Shown here piece by piece: positions 37,975 through 50,200 of a DNA stretch of 64,000 bases. The stretch is from Squalus acanthias (taxonomy: Eukaryota): assembly GCA_030390025.1 (NCBI GenBank), contig CM059431.1:106270001-106334000 (forward strand). Reading direction: 5' to 3'. Position numbers and translations under genes: made by a program. Each line of letters begins with the position of its first letter. Positions within the stretch are counted from its first letter, which is position 1. The notes under the pieces are model-generated. The model was not told the origin of the DNA and searched no databases. It saw nothing but the letters and a program-made list of their open reading frames with translations.

Positions 37975-38902
37975 GTGCAGAAATTCCGATCCCTACGGGT
38001 GTGTACGCGCTGTGTACTCACCCGTAGGGACATCGGAAATGCCGGTTTCAGGCATGCACAGCGCATGCGCTGGAAACCGGCATTTCCGATCTGTCAAGAA
38101 AGCTCTTGACAGATCCTCCACCTGCCCGGGAGCAGGGCCTCTGCGGGGGGAGAGTTCCGTTTTTTGGAGACCCTCCGCCCGCAGAAAACACTTACAATTC
38201 TCGCGCCTGGTAAAAGCAGGCGTAAGGCCTGCTTTTACCAGGATAAGAGTTGAAAAAAGTTTTTTTTTTAATTTCCACTGATTTATCATTTAAAAATACT
38301 TTAAAGAAAGGTAAGTTTATTTTTAGCCCCGCAAAAAACTTTAATTATTTTTTTCAAAAAATAAAATTTTTGTTTAAAATACTTCATTTATTGGAGAGAC
38401 TTATGAATCTTACACCCCCCCAAAATAACAGCTAAACCTCAATTAAATTTTAAAAAAAAAACATCACATTAATAAAATAAGTATAGTTAATTAAATTAAC
38501 CATTTTAAATAAAAAATTAAATTTTTGAAAAAATTTAAAATCTTTTAAAAAGTTATAAAAATAAACTTACCTGTCTTTAAAGTCTATAAAAAAGATATAC
38601 CTGTAAAAAAAAATTCCAAAAAATACTTAATTCACTACTTACCTTCTTAAAAGCGGGTCTTACTCCTCCTTTTTACATTTCCAAAATCTTCCCTACTTAC
38701 CTGCGCGTCCAAAGCATGAAGTGCACAGCGTGCGCGCAGCCTGTAGCGCGCACGCGATGCACTCAGGCCCCGCCCCCTTTTCGGAAGAGCAATTGCCGGT
38801 TTTCAGCGCATGCGCAGGGCATGCAGAAAACCGGCAATTGGAGTGGGAATACGCGAGAGTATGCAGTGCGTACTCTCGCGTCCCGGGATCAATTTTCGGC
38901 CC
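37975..38902. mobile_element. Hairpin-rich non-autonomous DNA transposon (Harbinger-like)
   Basis: Imperfect TIRs GTGCAGAAATT / AATTTTCGGCCC, GC-rich subterminal hairpins, AT-rich core. Confidence 0.6.
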
Positions 38903-38909
38903 ATTGTAA

Positions 38910-39520
38910 TTTAAAGTCATTTTAAAAATGTGATTTTTAAAAAAAATTTATTTGAAGTTTTACTATGTTTTGGGGGTGATCTCCATTCATATATTTGACA
39001 GGTCTTCCTGTCAAATGTATGAAGGAAGATTCCCTTCTCTGATTGGCTCCCCATGGCCCACGTGATCCCAGGGACGCTGCGAACCGCCTGCGCCTCTGGG
39101 ATACGTGGGCCCTGCGCACCGGCAGTTTGGAGAGGCCCGGCAGCGGAACTCTGCGCCTCCCGGGAGCCCTCCGGTCTTGGCGCAGATTTTTCCAGATTGC
39201 AGCCCTCTGCCCGCGGGAGGCCTGCGATCGGAATATCTGGGCCAATGAGGTCGAGTTTCCGCTTGTTTAATATCAGCACAATCTGGGCGGAATCGGCCTA
39301 GCGCAAAAGATCGGGGAATTTTAAACATGTGAGTTGCGCCCAAACCACTTACGCTCGTGTTTTCCGCGATCATTTACGCTGGTTCAAGCTTCAATTCGCA
39401 CGAACCAGGCCCCGCCCACAAAACTGGCCGCGCCCCCAGGTCGACGTTGCGAGATTCTACCGATTGAGCTGGTTCGGGAAGGCTCTTCAAATCGCGCTCA
39501 TTGTCTCAGGGGCACAGGGA
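38910..39520. mobile_element. GC-rich DNA transposon fragment related to 62252-63021
   Basis: Shares the hairpin region ending in ACGTGGGCC and a flanking CCAATCAG/CTGATTGG motif. Confidence 0.4.
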
Positions 39521-40239
39521 CCAGTCGGCACATTTTAAAAAGCTATTTCATATCAAAAGAGATTTAATTTACTAAGAAACGGACTAGTGTACACCAATTA
39601 AACTATTAAATGGTTCAGTATCGTTTTCTTTAAGTCATTTCCAGTGATTTTTAAATCAGGTTACTCAGAGGCGGAGGACTGGACAACCCTGATTAGAAAT
39701 GCTTATTTTTTTGGTGATAAACCCATTTCCAGCTGTGCTAATAAAACTGCACCAGGTTACCGCTCTTAAATACATCAAGGAATACTCTGTAATGGAAAGA
39801 AAACTAAAAGAAACCATTACGTTCCATTACACTGCCCGATTGCGCTGGTTCATGGAGGATTTTACGTTTGTGATTATGCAAATGAATTTTAGCGGAAACA
39901 TGACACCTAACCGAACCAACGCAATCTCGACGCAATTACCCGATTGAGCCCAAAGCGGAAACTTTACCTCATTATATTTAAAGTAACAGCTCGTTTACTG
40001 TATTTACTAATCAACTACAGTTTTATTTTTAAAGAGCTGTGTAAAGAAAGACAGGATTTAAAGGCAAGCGATTCGCAGAGGACCCTTACAACTGGCAGAA
40101 AGACGTCATTTTTTTCATTTCATTACTTCAGGCTGGATTCAAACCCAGCTCGCGGCGGGGGGGGGGAGAAATGAAATTGTGCTAACCTGCTGTGCCATCC
40201 AGTATCCAACTTTTCTCCATCCCTTGACCTTATGATCCC

Positions 40240-40586
40240 TTGACTCCAGTGCAGTACTGAAGGAGAGCTGCACTGTCGGAGGTGCCGTCTTTCGGATGAG
40301 ACGTTAAACTGAGGCCCTGTCTGCCCTCTCAGATCCCATGACACTATTTCAAAGAGGAGCGGGGAGTTATCCCCGGTCTCCTGGCCAATAATTACCTCTT
40401 AATCGACATCAGTAAAACAGATGATCTGCTCATTGTCACACTGCAGTGTGTGGGACGTTGCTGGCTGCCGCGTTTCCTACATTACAACAGTGACTACACT
40501 TCAAAAGTACTTAATTGACGGTAAAGTGCTTTGGGACACTGTGAGGTCGTGAAAGGGACTGTAGAAATGCAAGTCTTTCTTTCTTC
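40240..40586 (+). mobile_element. Deu-domain SINE, 5'-truncated
   Basis: Deu core CTTTCGGATGAGACGTTAAAC and tail. Confidence 0.82.
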
Positions 40587-41056
40587 GAATGAAGCACATA
40601 CGCAAGAAAATTCAAGAACATAATTTCAACTTTTGAAATTCAGTGCTTCATCTCAATCACAAATCCGCCTCCCCCCAGCCCCCGCACCCCCACCTCCTCA
40701 GCCCAACTATTTCTCGTAAGCTATTCTGGTCCCAGCATCTCTCAAGGTCAGAATCGGGAGTCAGACAGCTTTTGGCAACAACCAGATAATTATCCAGAGT
40801 TTAACCCATGCCAGCTAGGAGCAATAGAGGCCAAGAGTAAGGTGATATGTGGTATTGGATGTCTCCTAGCTAAATATCAACAGACCAATGTTATCCCAGA
40901 AATAATCACATCCAATTCCAGTGCGGCATTTTTCATAAATATTTAAGGTTCAAATTGATGCTGTACATTCAAATTTTGACCAGACTAACAATCAAAAGAG
41001 TCATAACATGCCTGCAAGCCTTGTGGATTCTGGATGTGCTGTGAGGGGGCACTATT

Positions 41057-41232
41057 CATAGAATTACATGGTATTTACAGCACAGTAACAGGCCATTCGG
41101 CCCAACTGGTCCGTGCCAGTGTTTATGCTCCACACGAGCCTCCTCCCACTTCTCTTCATCTCACCCCATCAGCATATCCTTCTATTCCTTTCTCTCTCAT
41201 GTGTTTATCTAACTTCCCCTTAAAGGCATCTA
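41057..41232 (-). mobile_element. CR1 3' fragment
   Basis: Reverse complement of the 18420-18585 sequence. Confidence 0.75.
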
Positions 41233-41397
41233 GGATGCTTTCATTTGGAAGCAATGGACAACCTCAAACATTGGCCACAGCGTTGTCCAAAATAATGGCG
41301 ACCTGCAGTTCCATTTTAAGTGTGATTTAGCTGCTACGTCTCCACAACTCAATGTAAATCTACAACTTTCCAACAGCCCACATCATCCCGACATTTC

Positions 41398-42085
41398 TTT
41401 TTTTATTATTCGTTTTTATGGGATGTGGACGTCACTGGCAAGGCCAGCATTTATTGCCCATCCCTAATTGCCCTTGAGAAGGTGATGGTGAGCCGCCTGC
41501 TTGAACCGCTGCAGTCCGTGTGGTGAAGGTACTCCCACAGTGCTGTTAGGGAGGGACTTCCAGGATTTTGACCCAGCGACGATGAAGGATCAGCGGTATA
41601 CTTCCAAGTCAGGATGGTGTGTGTGACTTGGAGGGGATCTTGGAGGTGGTGGTGTTCCCATGTGCCCTGCTACCCTTGTCCTTCTAGGTGGTAGAGGTCG
41701 CGGGTTTGGGAGGTGCTGCCGAAGAAGCCTTGGCGAGTTGCTGCAGTGCATCTTGTAGATGGTACACACTGCAGCCGCGGTACGCCGGTGGTGGAGGGAG
41801 TGAATGTTTAAGGTGGCGGATGGGGCGCCAATCAAGCGGGCTGCTTTGTCCTGGATGGTGTCGAGCTTCTTGAGTGTTGTTGGAGCTGCACTCATCCAGG
41901 CAAGTGGAGAGTATTCCATCACACTCCTGACTTGTGCCTTGTAGATGGTAGAAAGGCTTTGGGGAGTCAAGAGGTGAGACACTCGCCGCAGAATACCCAG
42001 CCTCTGACCTGCTCTTGTTGCCACAGTATTTATGTGGCTGATCCAGTTAAATTTCTGGTCAATGGTGACCCCCCAGGATGTTGAT
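41398..42085 (-). mobile_element. CR1-group LINE 3' fragment (same family as 2752)
   Basis: ORF 41590-42180 GVTIDQKFNWISHI...IYKAQVRSVMEYSPLAW. Confidence 0.85.
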
Positions 42086-42861
42086 ATTTTCTTACATTCT
42101 TGTGCCGGCAGTAAGGCAAAGGCTTGAAAGCGTTGCTTCAAAATCATAAACCTGTTCATTTTACTTGTGAAAGATGCCAAAAAGGGATCGATAAGTTGAG
42201 CGCCGCGTCCTGTTGTTTTAACCCGATTGGTTTAAAAGTTCATTGAGCTTCTATCTGAGATTGATTAATCTGGGCTCACACTTACAAGGAATGTCAGCAT
42301 GATTAAGGAGCTGCACAGGATCGGTGGTGAAAGGGTCATCCTGTGGCAAGCTGCAGCCAAGGCGATGACGTGTCAAATATAACATGCCAGAATTATTGCA
42401 CGGACCTTTTCTGGGGCATAATGTGCTCAGTAACGTTGGGTAAACAACCAAAGTGCATTTCCTAAAGGTCTACTGAGTAATTCAACTTGGCGATGCATGC
42501 AGAATATTGTACCTTCTGTGTATGGTTGGGGGAGTAAAGGTCAAAAAGTGTCCACTTAGACTATATCACTGATCCCCGAGCAGTCATCCAATTTTAAATC
42601 AGTGCTTCCGTTTTGCCATTTGAAGCACAATTAGTTCAGATAAAGGATTGAATACGACCAGGCCAGAGAACAGTGTGTCAGTATGTAACACAAACTGCTT
42701 GAGCACTCTCTGAGTAATTTACTGCTAGTGAATGGGTAACAGGAAAGAGGGAAAGAGAATTATTTCCACCTGCAACATTGCGAATCAGAAATGTTTCGAA
42801 CATCATTACATTTTCTCCCGCTCCACATAAGGAGGAAAACATAGGGCTCAAAAGTTCGTAA

Positions 42862-43100
42862 GTAGGGTTGCCGAACCTCCAGGGTTGCCCTGGAGTCTCC
42901 AGGAATTAAGGGTTAATCTCCAGGACACATGCTGCGGACAACCCAGGAGAAAAATCATCGGGAGCATTAAAATAATTGTGTTTTCAAATAGTTTCTTTGA
43001 ACACTTTTGTTGGTTAGTTATAAAAGTGTTGGAGTTGGGGAAATTAGATTGTTTGGCTTACTCAGAAGAATCATCCAATCGGGTAACGAAGAGTCCATTA
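42862..43100 (+). mobile_element. Possible hAT-type non-autonomous element end
   Basis: Begins TAGGGTTGCC, a terminus typical of some vertebrate hAT MITEs; matching other end not found. Confidence 0.35.
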
Positions 43101-43157
43101 AAATCAGGAGAGCAGGTTAAAATTGGGTCCAAAACGCAACTCATATATTTAGGGAAA

Positions 43158-43250
43158 TAAAAAAACAGAACATGTTGGAAATCCGCAGCAGGTCAGCCAG
43201 AATCGGTGGAGAGAGAAACAGAGTCAACGTTTCAGGTCGATGACCTTCAT
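43158..43250 (-). mobile_element. Penelope-like family B arm, decayed; hammerhead cut off
   Basis: Aligns to 14209-14300; ends at CCTTCATC. Confidence 0.65.
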
Positions 43251-43430
43251 CGTCGCTGGGTCAAAATCCTGGAACTCCCTCCCCAACAGCACTGTGGGAG
43301 TACCTTCACCGCACGGACTGCAGCGGTTCAAGAAGGCGGCTCACCACCACCTTCCCAAGGGCAATTAGGGATGGGCAATAAATGCCGGCCTTGCCAGCGA
43401 CGCCCAGATCCCATGAACAAATTAAAAAAA
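43244..43430 (+). mobile_element. CR1-group LINE 3' end (same family as 2752)
   Basis: Matches 2975-3160. Confidence 0.8.
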
Positions 43431-43511
43431 TTAGAACATCAGGTCATTTACCAGAAACAACTCTACTTGCTCAGCAGAAACCTGGCAGGTGGGCAGTTAA
43501 AATCGCCCTAC

Positions 43512-44000
43512 ATAACATAAGAACATAAGAAATAGGAGCAGGAGCAGGCCATTCTGCCCCTCGAGCCTGCTCCACCATTTAATGAGATCATGGCTGATCC
43601 GATTTTGGCCTCAACTCCACTTTCCTGCCCACTCCCCATAACCCTTGACTCCCCTGTTGCTCAAAAATCTATCTCAGCCTTGAATATATTCAATGACTCA
43701 GCTTCCACAGCTCTCTGGGGTAAAGAATTCCAAAGATTCACGACCCTCTGAGAGAAGAAATTCCTACTCATTTCCGTCTTAAATGGGCGACCCCTTATTC
43801 TGAGACTATGCCCCCTCGTTCTAAATTCCCCCACGAGGGGAAACATCCTCTCAGCATCTACCCTTTCCAACCCCCTCAGAATCTTATATGTTTCAATTAG
43901 ATCACCTCTCATTCTTTTAAACGCCAATGAGTATAGGCCCAACCTGCTCAACCTTTCCTCATAAGACAACCCTTCCATCCCAGGAATCAACCTCGTGAAC
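43512..44000 (-). mobile_element. CR1 LINE 3' fragment
   Basis: ORF 43661-43990; (AACATAAG)n tail. Confidence 0.9.
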
Positions 44001-44195
44001 TCTTATCTGTCCGAAAGCCACCATGATCGCAACATCCGCAATTTTATTCCTGAGCAGGCAGCAAGGACAGGCGCCCGGAGCCAACGGGGTCCTTCTTTAC
44101 ACATGCACGTTGCGGCCCGATGACATCATTGAGACCCGACTGTAATTTTAACTCGGGCCTGAGTGAGGAATCCACCTGGAGTTAAAATCGGGACC

Positions 44196-44305
44196 AACTC
44201 TCTCTCTCTCTCTCTCTCTCTCCACAGATGCTGCCTGACTGACTGAGGGTTTTCCAGCATTTTCTGTATTTATTTCAGATCTCCAGCAGCCGCAGTATTT
44301 TGCTC
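44196..44305 (+). mobile_element. Penelope-like family B arm, decayed
   Basis: Aligns to 14511-14608 (CTCTCCAC.GATGCTGCCTG...CCGCAGTATTTTGCT) with an expanded (CT)n. Confidence 0.65.
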
Positions 44306-45110
44306 TTTTTCCACATATTGAGGGAATTTGTTAGTCTTGAGCAAGTAAACATTGTGATGGCCTAATTTTAGTGTTTTATTTAGCAGTTGAAGTTCTTAGG
44401 GAAGCATGTTCATAATTAACCTTTTGTAGAATCAAGTCCCATGTAAACCATCGGAAACTAATGATGAGGCGCAAACAGTCATTTAAATCCTAGCGGAAGT
44501 AAAGATCATTTCAAGGAACTGAGGCCTAAAAACACACAGCAACTAAAATAGCTAATTGCATCTTTTAAAAATGATTTCTAATCAGGTGCAAAAATCTCAT
44601 CCCAGCCTTTGGCAGAAATGAAATACCATAACATCTCTCGTACAAACCACTGACAACGTAAAACTTGTAGTGGCAGAGAAAAAAGAATATACTACAGAAA
44701 TTCATGGGTTTCGCTACGAGGAAGGAAAAAACAAATGACAGGCAGTTTGTTGTACAACACAGGAAAATTGCTTTGTCTCCGCATTCTGCTGCCATGCAAA
44801 GTGTCCAATACAATTAGCAAGTTGTCCTTTATTTGCTTCACTTGATATAATTGGCTTGCAAATGCAAAGTTGCACGTGTGGCATGCTCTGCGGAACTTAG
44901 GATAATTGGATTTCAATTAAGAGGAACACATACAGTTTACAGTTACACGCGACGCGCTCTCCCTGGAGTTTCCACTAGTCTACCCCAGGGAGAAAACCCA
45001 CAGAGACTCTCACACAATGAGAGAGCTGTCTGACGCTGCACATCTAACCTCACTGGGCTTGTCAGACACAATGAAAGTGTGAGCAGAGAAGGCCAGAATC
45101 AAAACAATAA

Positions 45111-45543
45111 TGGCTCCCGGTTAAGCAACGCCTCGATTTTAAAATTCTCATCCTTGTTTTCAAATCCCTCCATGGCCTCGCCCCCCCCCCCCCGTCCCTA
45201 TCTCTGTAAACTCCTCCAGCTCCACAACCCTCCGAGATATCCGCGCTCCTCTAACTCTGGCCTCTTGACCATCCCCGATTTCAATTGTTCCACCATTGGC
45301 GGCCGTTCCTTCAGTTGCCTCGGCCCAAAGCTCTGGAATTCCTCCCTAAACATCTCCACCTCTCTTTCCTCCTTTAAGATGCTCCTTAAAACCTACCTCT
45401 TTGACCAAGCTTTTGGTAATCTGCCCTAATATCGCCTTATGTGGCTCGGTGTCAAATTTTGTCTTATAATGCTCCTGTGCAGCGCCGCGGGACATTTTAC
45501 TACGTTAAAAGTGCTGTATAAATACAAGTTGTTGTTGTTGTTG
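45111..45543 (+). mobile_element. L2 LINE 3' fragment
   Basis: ORF 45079-45429; (GTT)n tail. Confidence 0.88.
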
Positions 45544-45604
45544 CACAACAGGGTCACAAGATCATCAGCTGCAAATGGATGAATAAGGATACTTGAAAGT
45601 CTTT

Positions 45605-45875
45605 GGGGGAGAAATTGAGTCGTGCCCCCTTTAGGGCGCTAACTTCGCCGGGGCGCTACTTTTAGCTCCCCTGGAAGAATTAGCGCCCCCCGCGGCCAAA
45701 ATTGAGTGGTAGCGCCCCAAGAGGGAAGCGAGGCGCTACTGGAAGCGCCCCGCCTCCCTCTTGGGGCGCTGCGAGGGATTATCGCGGTGCTGCGGCACGT
45801 CGCGCCGCGGTATTGCAGGCCGTCCTCCCCTTCTTAAAGGGGGAGGGGCCTTGCACAGCGCGACCAGCTTCTCAG
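45605..45875. mobile_element. Truncated GC-rich TIR element (family of 46613 and 52598)
   Basis: GGGGGAGAAATTG..., repeated GGCGCTA/TAGCGCC motifs; reverse-complement match to 55500-55740. Confidence 0.65.
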
Positions 45876-46094
45876 GCACATTTTTCTGGACTTTTCATTG
45901 CAATTTTTTAAGCCTTTTTAATAAAAATGATGCTAATTTTCATCTGCTCAGTATTTTCTGTTTCTTTTAATGCATTTTCAAGGCATCAGTATAAGTCACA
46001 CTAAAAAAAGCTTCCCCGGCTGCAGGTTCTTAAACACGCTATTCCTGACATGCATGAACGATGGTGAAATGTGCTGAAACTTTCAATTTTAAAT

Positions 46095-46380
46095 CTCATA
46101 GTTATATATATTTACAGCACAGAAACAGGGCATTCGGCCCAACAGGTCCATGTTTATGCTCCACACGAGCCTCCTCCCACTCTTCTTCATCTCACCCTAT
46201 CAACATATCCGTCTATTCATTTCTCCCTCATGTGCTTATCTCGCTTCTCCTTAAATGCATCTATATTATTCGCCTCAACTACTCATCATGGTAGCGAGTT
46301 CCACATTCTAACCACTCTTTGGGTAAAGAAATTTCTCCTGAATTCATTAATGGATTTATGAGTGACTATCTTATATTTAT
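46095..46380 (-). mobile_element. CR1 3' fragment
   Basis: Reverse complement of the 18300-18570 subfamily. Confidence 0.8.
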
Positions 46381-47269
46381 GCTCATATATATAGTTCAAA
46401 GAAAAATATACTGTTGTGGGTATGGCGCTTCCTAAGGTCCCGATTATTTACCCTGATTTATGCCCAGTTTTAGTTCGGGCGTGTTTAATGAGATTGGGAA
46501 AATATTTGGCCGTAATTTGACATCGGCAAAATTGCACAATTTCAGGTGCAACATCCTGGTTGTGCCCATGGAGGAAACTCTAGTCCTATAAACCTTTGTC
46601 ACACTCTCCAAGGGGGCTTAATTCGGTTGATTTGCACCTCCCGTTAGAACATAAGAACATAAGAAATAGGAGCAGGAGTAGGCCATTCGGCCCTTCGAGC
46701 CTGCTCCGCCATTCAATGAGATCATGCCTCAACTCCATTCACTGGCCCTATCGTCATATCCCTTGATGCCCTAACTAGTCAGAAATCTATCGACTTCTGT
46801 TTTGAATATACCCAATGACTGAGCCTCCACAGCCCTCTGGGGTAGAGAATTCCAAAGGTTCACCACCCTCTGTGTGAAGAAATTTCTTCTCATCTCAGGC
46901 CTGAATGGCCTACCCTTTATCCTGAGGCTGTGGCCCCTGGTTCTAGACTCCCCAGCCAAGGGAAACATTCTCCCAGCATCCACCCTATCAAGCCCTGTAA
47001 TAATTTTGTATGCTTCAATGAGATCCCCTCTCATTCTTCTGAATTCAAGAGAATACATGCCTAGTTTACTCAATCTCTTCTCATACAACAGTCCCGCCAT
47101 CCCAGGAATCAATCTCGTGAACCTTCGTTGCACTCCCTCTATGGCAAGTATATCCTTCCTTAGGTAAGGAGACCAAAATTGTACACAGTACTCCAGGTGT
47201 GGTCTCACCAAGGCCCTATATAATTGGAGTAAGACTTCTTTACTCCTGTACTCAAATCCTCTTGTAATG

Positions 47270-50200
47270 GCCAGTGCTGGGACTAGTGTCCTGGCGAATC
47301 GAATAACTAGGGCTGTGGAGAGGGCTTTAAACTAATTAGTGGGGGGGAGGTTTCAAGAGAGCAAAAAATAAAAATGACAACAGAGAGGGTCATAGACATA
47401 GGTAGCAGTAGGGGAATCACAAATCAGAGCGTGGCAGGAAGGGACAGAGTGTGTGGAGTAAAAGGTAAACTGGTAAAAAGTGAAAAAGCAGGAACTAAGT
47501 GCCACAAAGCATATTTGAAAGTTCTCTATCTGAATGCACGTAGCATTCGTAACAAAATAGATGAGTTAATGGCACAAATAACTACATATGGTTATGATAT
47601 TGTGGCCATTACAGAAACATGGCTGCAGGGTGACAATGCCTGGGAATTAAACATACCAGGTTATTTAACGATCAGGAAGGACAGGCAGGAAGGAAGGGGA
47701 GGTGGGGTGGCTATGTTAATAAAGGAAGGAATCACTGTAATACAGAGTAATGATATTGGGTCAAAAAATCATGATAATGAAACAGTTTGGGTGGAGATAA
47801 GGAATAATAAGGGGAAAAAAACATTAGTGGGCGTAGTCTATAGGCCTCCGAACAGTTGCAACTCTATTGGACGGAGTATCAATCAGGAAATAGTTGAGGC
47901 ATGTAATAAGGGAACATCTATAATTATGGGGGATTTTAACTATCATATTAATTGGACAAATCAAATGGGGCAGGGCTGCCTTGAGGATGAGTTCATTGAG
48001 TGTATTAGGGATGGGTTTCTTGAGCAGTATGTAACTGAACCGACCAGGGGGCAAGCAACCTTAGATCTGGTCCTGTGTAACGAGACAGGATTAATTAAAA
48101 ATGTCCTAGTAAAGGATCCCCTTGGAATGAGTGACCATAACATGGTTGAATTCCATATTCAATTAGAGGGTGAGAAGGTTGGATCTCAAACAAGCGTGCT
48201 AAGCTTGAATAAAGGAGACTATGAAGGTATGCGAGCGGAATTGAGTAGAGTGGATTGGGAAAATAGATTAAAGGGTAAGACGACACATGATCAGTGGTGT
48301 ACATTCAAGGAGTTATTTTACAACTTCCAAAAAAAATATATTCCACTGAAAAGAAAAGGGTGTAAAAGAAAGGACAGTCATCCGTGGCTAAGTAAAGAAA
48401 TTAAGGATAGTATTCGACTAAAAACAAGGGCATATAAGGTAGCGAAATCTAGTGGGAGGACAGAGGATTGGGAAAACTTTAAAAGGCAGCAAAAAATAAC
48501 AAAAAGATTGATTAAGAAAGGGAAGATAGATTATGAAAGTAAATTAGGAAAAAATATAAAAACAGATAGTAAGAGTTTTTATAGTTATATAAAAAGAAAA
48601 AGGGTGGCTAAAGTAAATGTTGGTCCCTTAGAGGATGAGACCGGGAAATTAATGGTGGGAAATATGGAGATGGCAAAAACACTGAATGAATATTTTGTAT
48701 CAGTCTTTACAGTAGAGGACACTAAGAATATCCCAACACTGGACAAACAGGGGGCTATAGGGGGAGAGGAGCTAAACACGATCAAAATCACTAAGGAAGT
48801 GGTACTCGGTAAAATAATGGGACTCAAGGCGGATAAATCACCTGGACCTGATGGCTTACATCCTAGAGTCTTGAAGGAAGTGGCGGTAGGGATTGTAGAT
48901 GCATTGGTAATAATTTTTCAAAACTCCCTGGATTCCGCTAAGGTCCCGGCAGACTGGAAAACTGCTAATGTAACACCCTTATTTAAAAAGGGCAGTAGAC
49001 AGAAGGCTGGTAACTATAGACCGGTTAGCCTAACATCTGTGGTAGGTAAAATTTTGGAGTCCATTATTAAGGAAACAGTAACAGGACATTTGGATAATCA
49101 TAATTTAATAGGACAAAGTCAGCATGGTTTTACGAAGGGGAAGTCATGTTTGACAAATTTGCTGGAGTTCTTTGAGGAAGTAACATATAGAGTGGATAAA
49201 GGGGAACCAGTGGACGTAGTGTATTTAGACTTCCAAAAGGCATTTGACAAGGTGCCACACAAAAGATTATTGCTTAAGGTAAAAAATCACGGAATTGGGG
49301 GTAATATTCTGGCATGGATAGAGGATTGGCTATCTAACAGAAAGCAAAGAGTTGGGATAAATGGTTCATTCTCAGACTGGCAATCAGTAACTAGTGGTGT
49401 TCCACAGGGGTCAGTGCTGGGTCCCCAACTCTTCACAATCTATATTAACGATTTGGAGGAAGGGACCAAGTGTAACATATCAAAATTTGCAGATGATACA
49501 AAGATGGGAGGGAAAGTAGTGAATGAGGAGGACATAAAAAACCTGCAAGGGGACATAGACAGGCTAAGTAAGTGGGCAGAGATTTGGCAGATGGAATACA
49601 ACACTGGAAAGTGTGAGGTGATGCACTTTGGCAGGAAAAATCCTAGAGCAATTTATTATCTTAATGGCAAGAAACTGGAGAGTACTGAAGTGCAAAGGGA
49701 TCTGGGGGTCCTGGTGCACGAAACTCAAAAGGTTAGTATGCAGGTGCAGCAAGTGATTAAGAAGGCAAATGGAATGTTGGCTTTCATTGCTAGGGGGATA
49801 GAATATAAAAATAGGGAGGTATTGCTTCAGTTGTACAAGGTATTGGTGAGACCGCACCTGGAATACTGCATACAGTTTTGGTGTCCTTACTTAAGGAAAG
49901 ACATCCTTGCTCTCGAGGCAGTGCAAAAAAGGTTCATTCGGTTAATCCCGGGGATGAGGGGGTGGTCATATGAGGAGAGGTTGGGTAGATTGGGACTCTA
50001 CTCATTGGAGTTCAGAAGAATGAGAGGCGATCTTATTGAAACATATAAGATTGTGAAGGGGTTGGATCGGGTGGATGCGGGGAGGATGTTCCCGATGACG
50101 GGTGAGACGAGAACTAGGGGACATAGTCTTAGAATAAGGGGCTGCTCTTTCAAAACTGAGATGAGGAGGAACTACTTCACTCAGAGGGTGGTAGGTCCAT

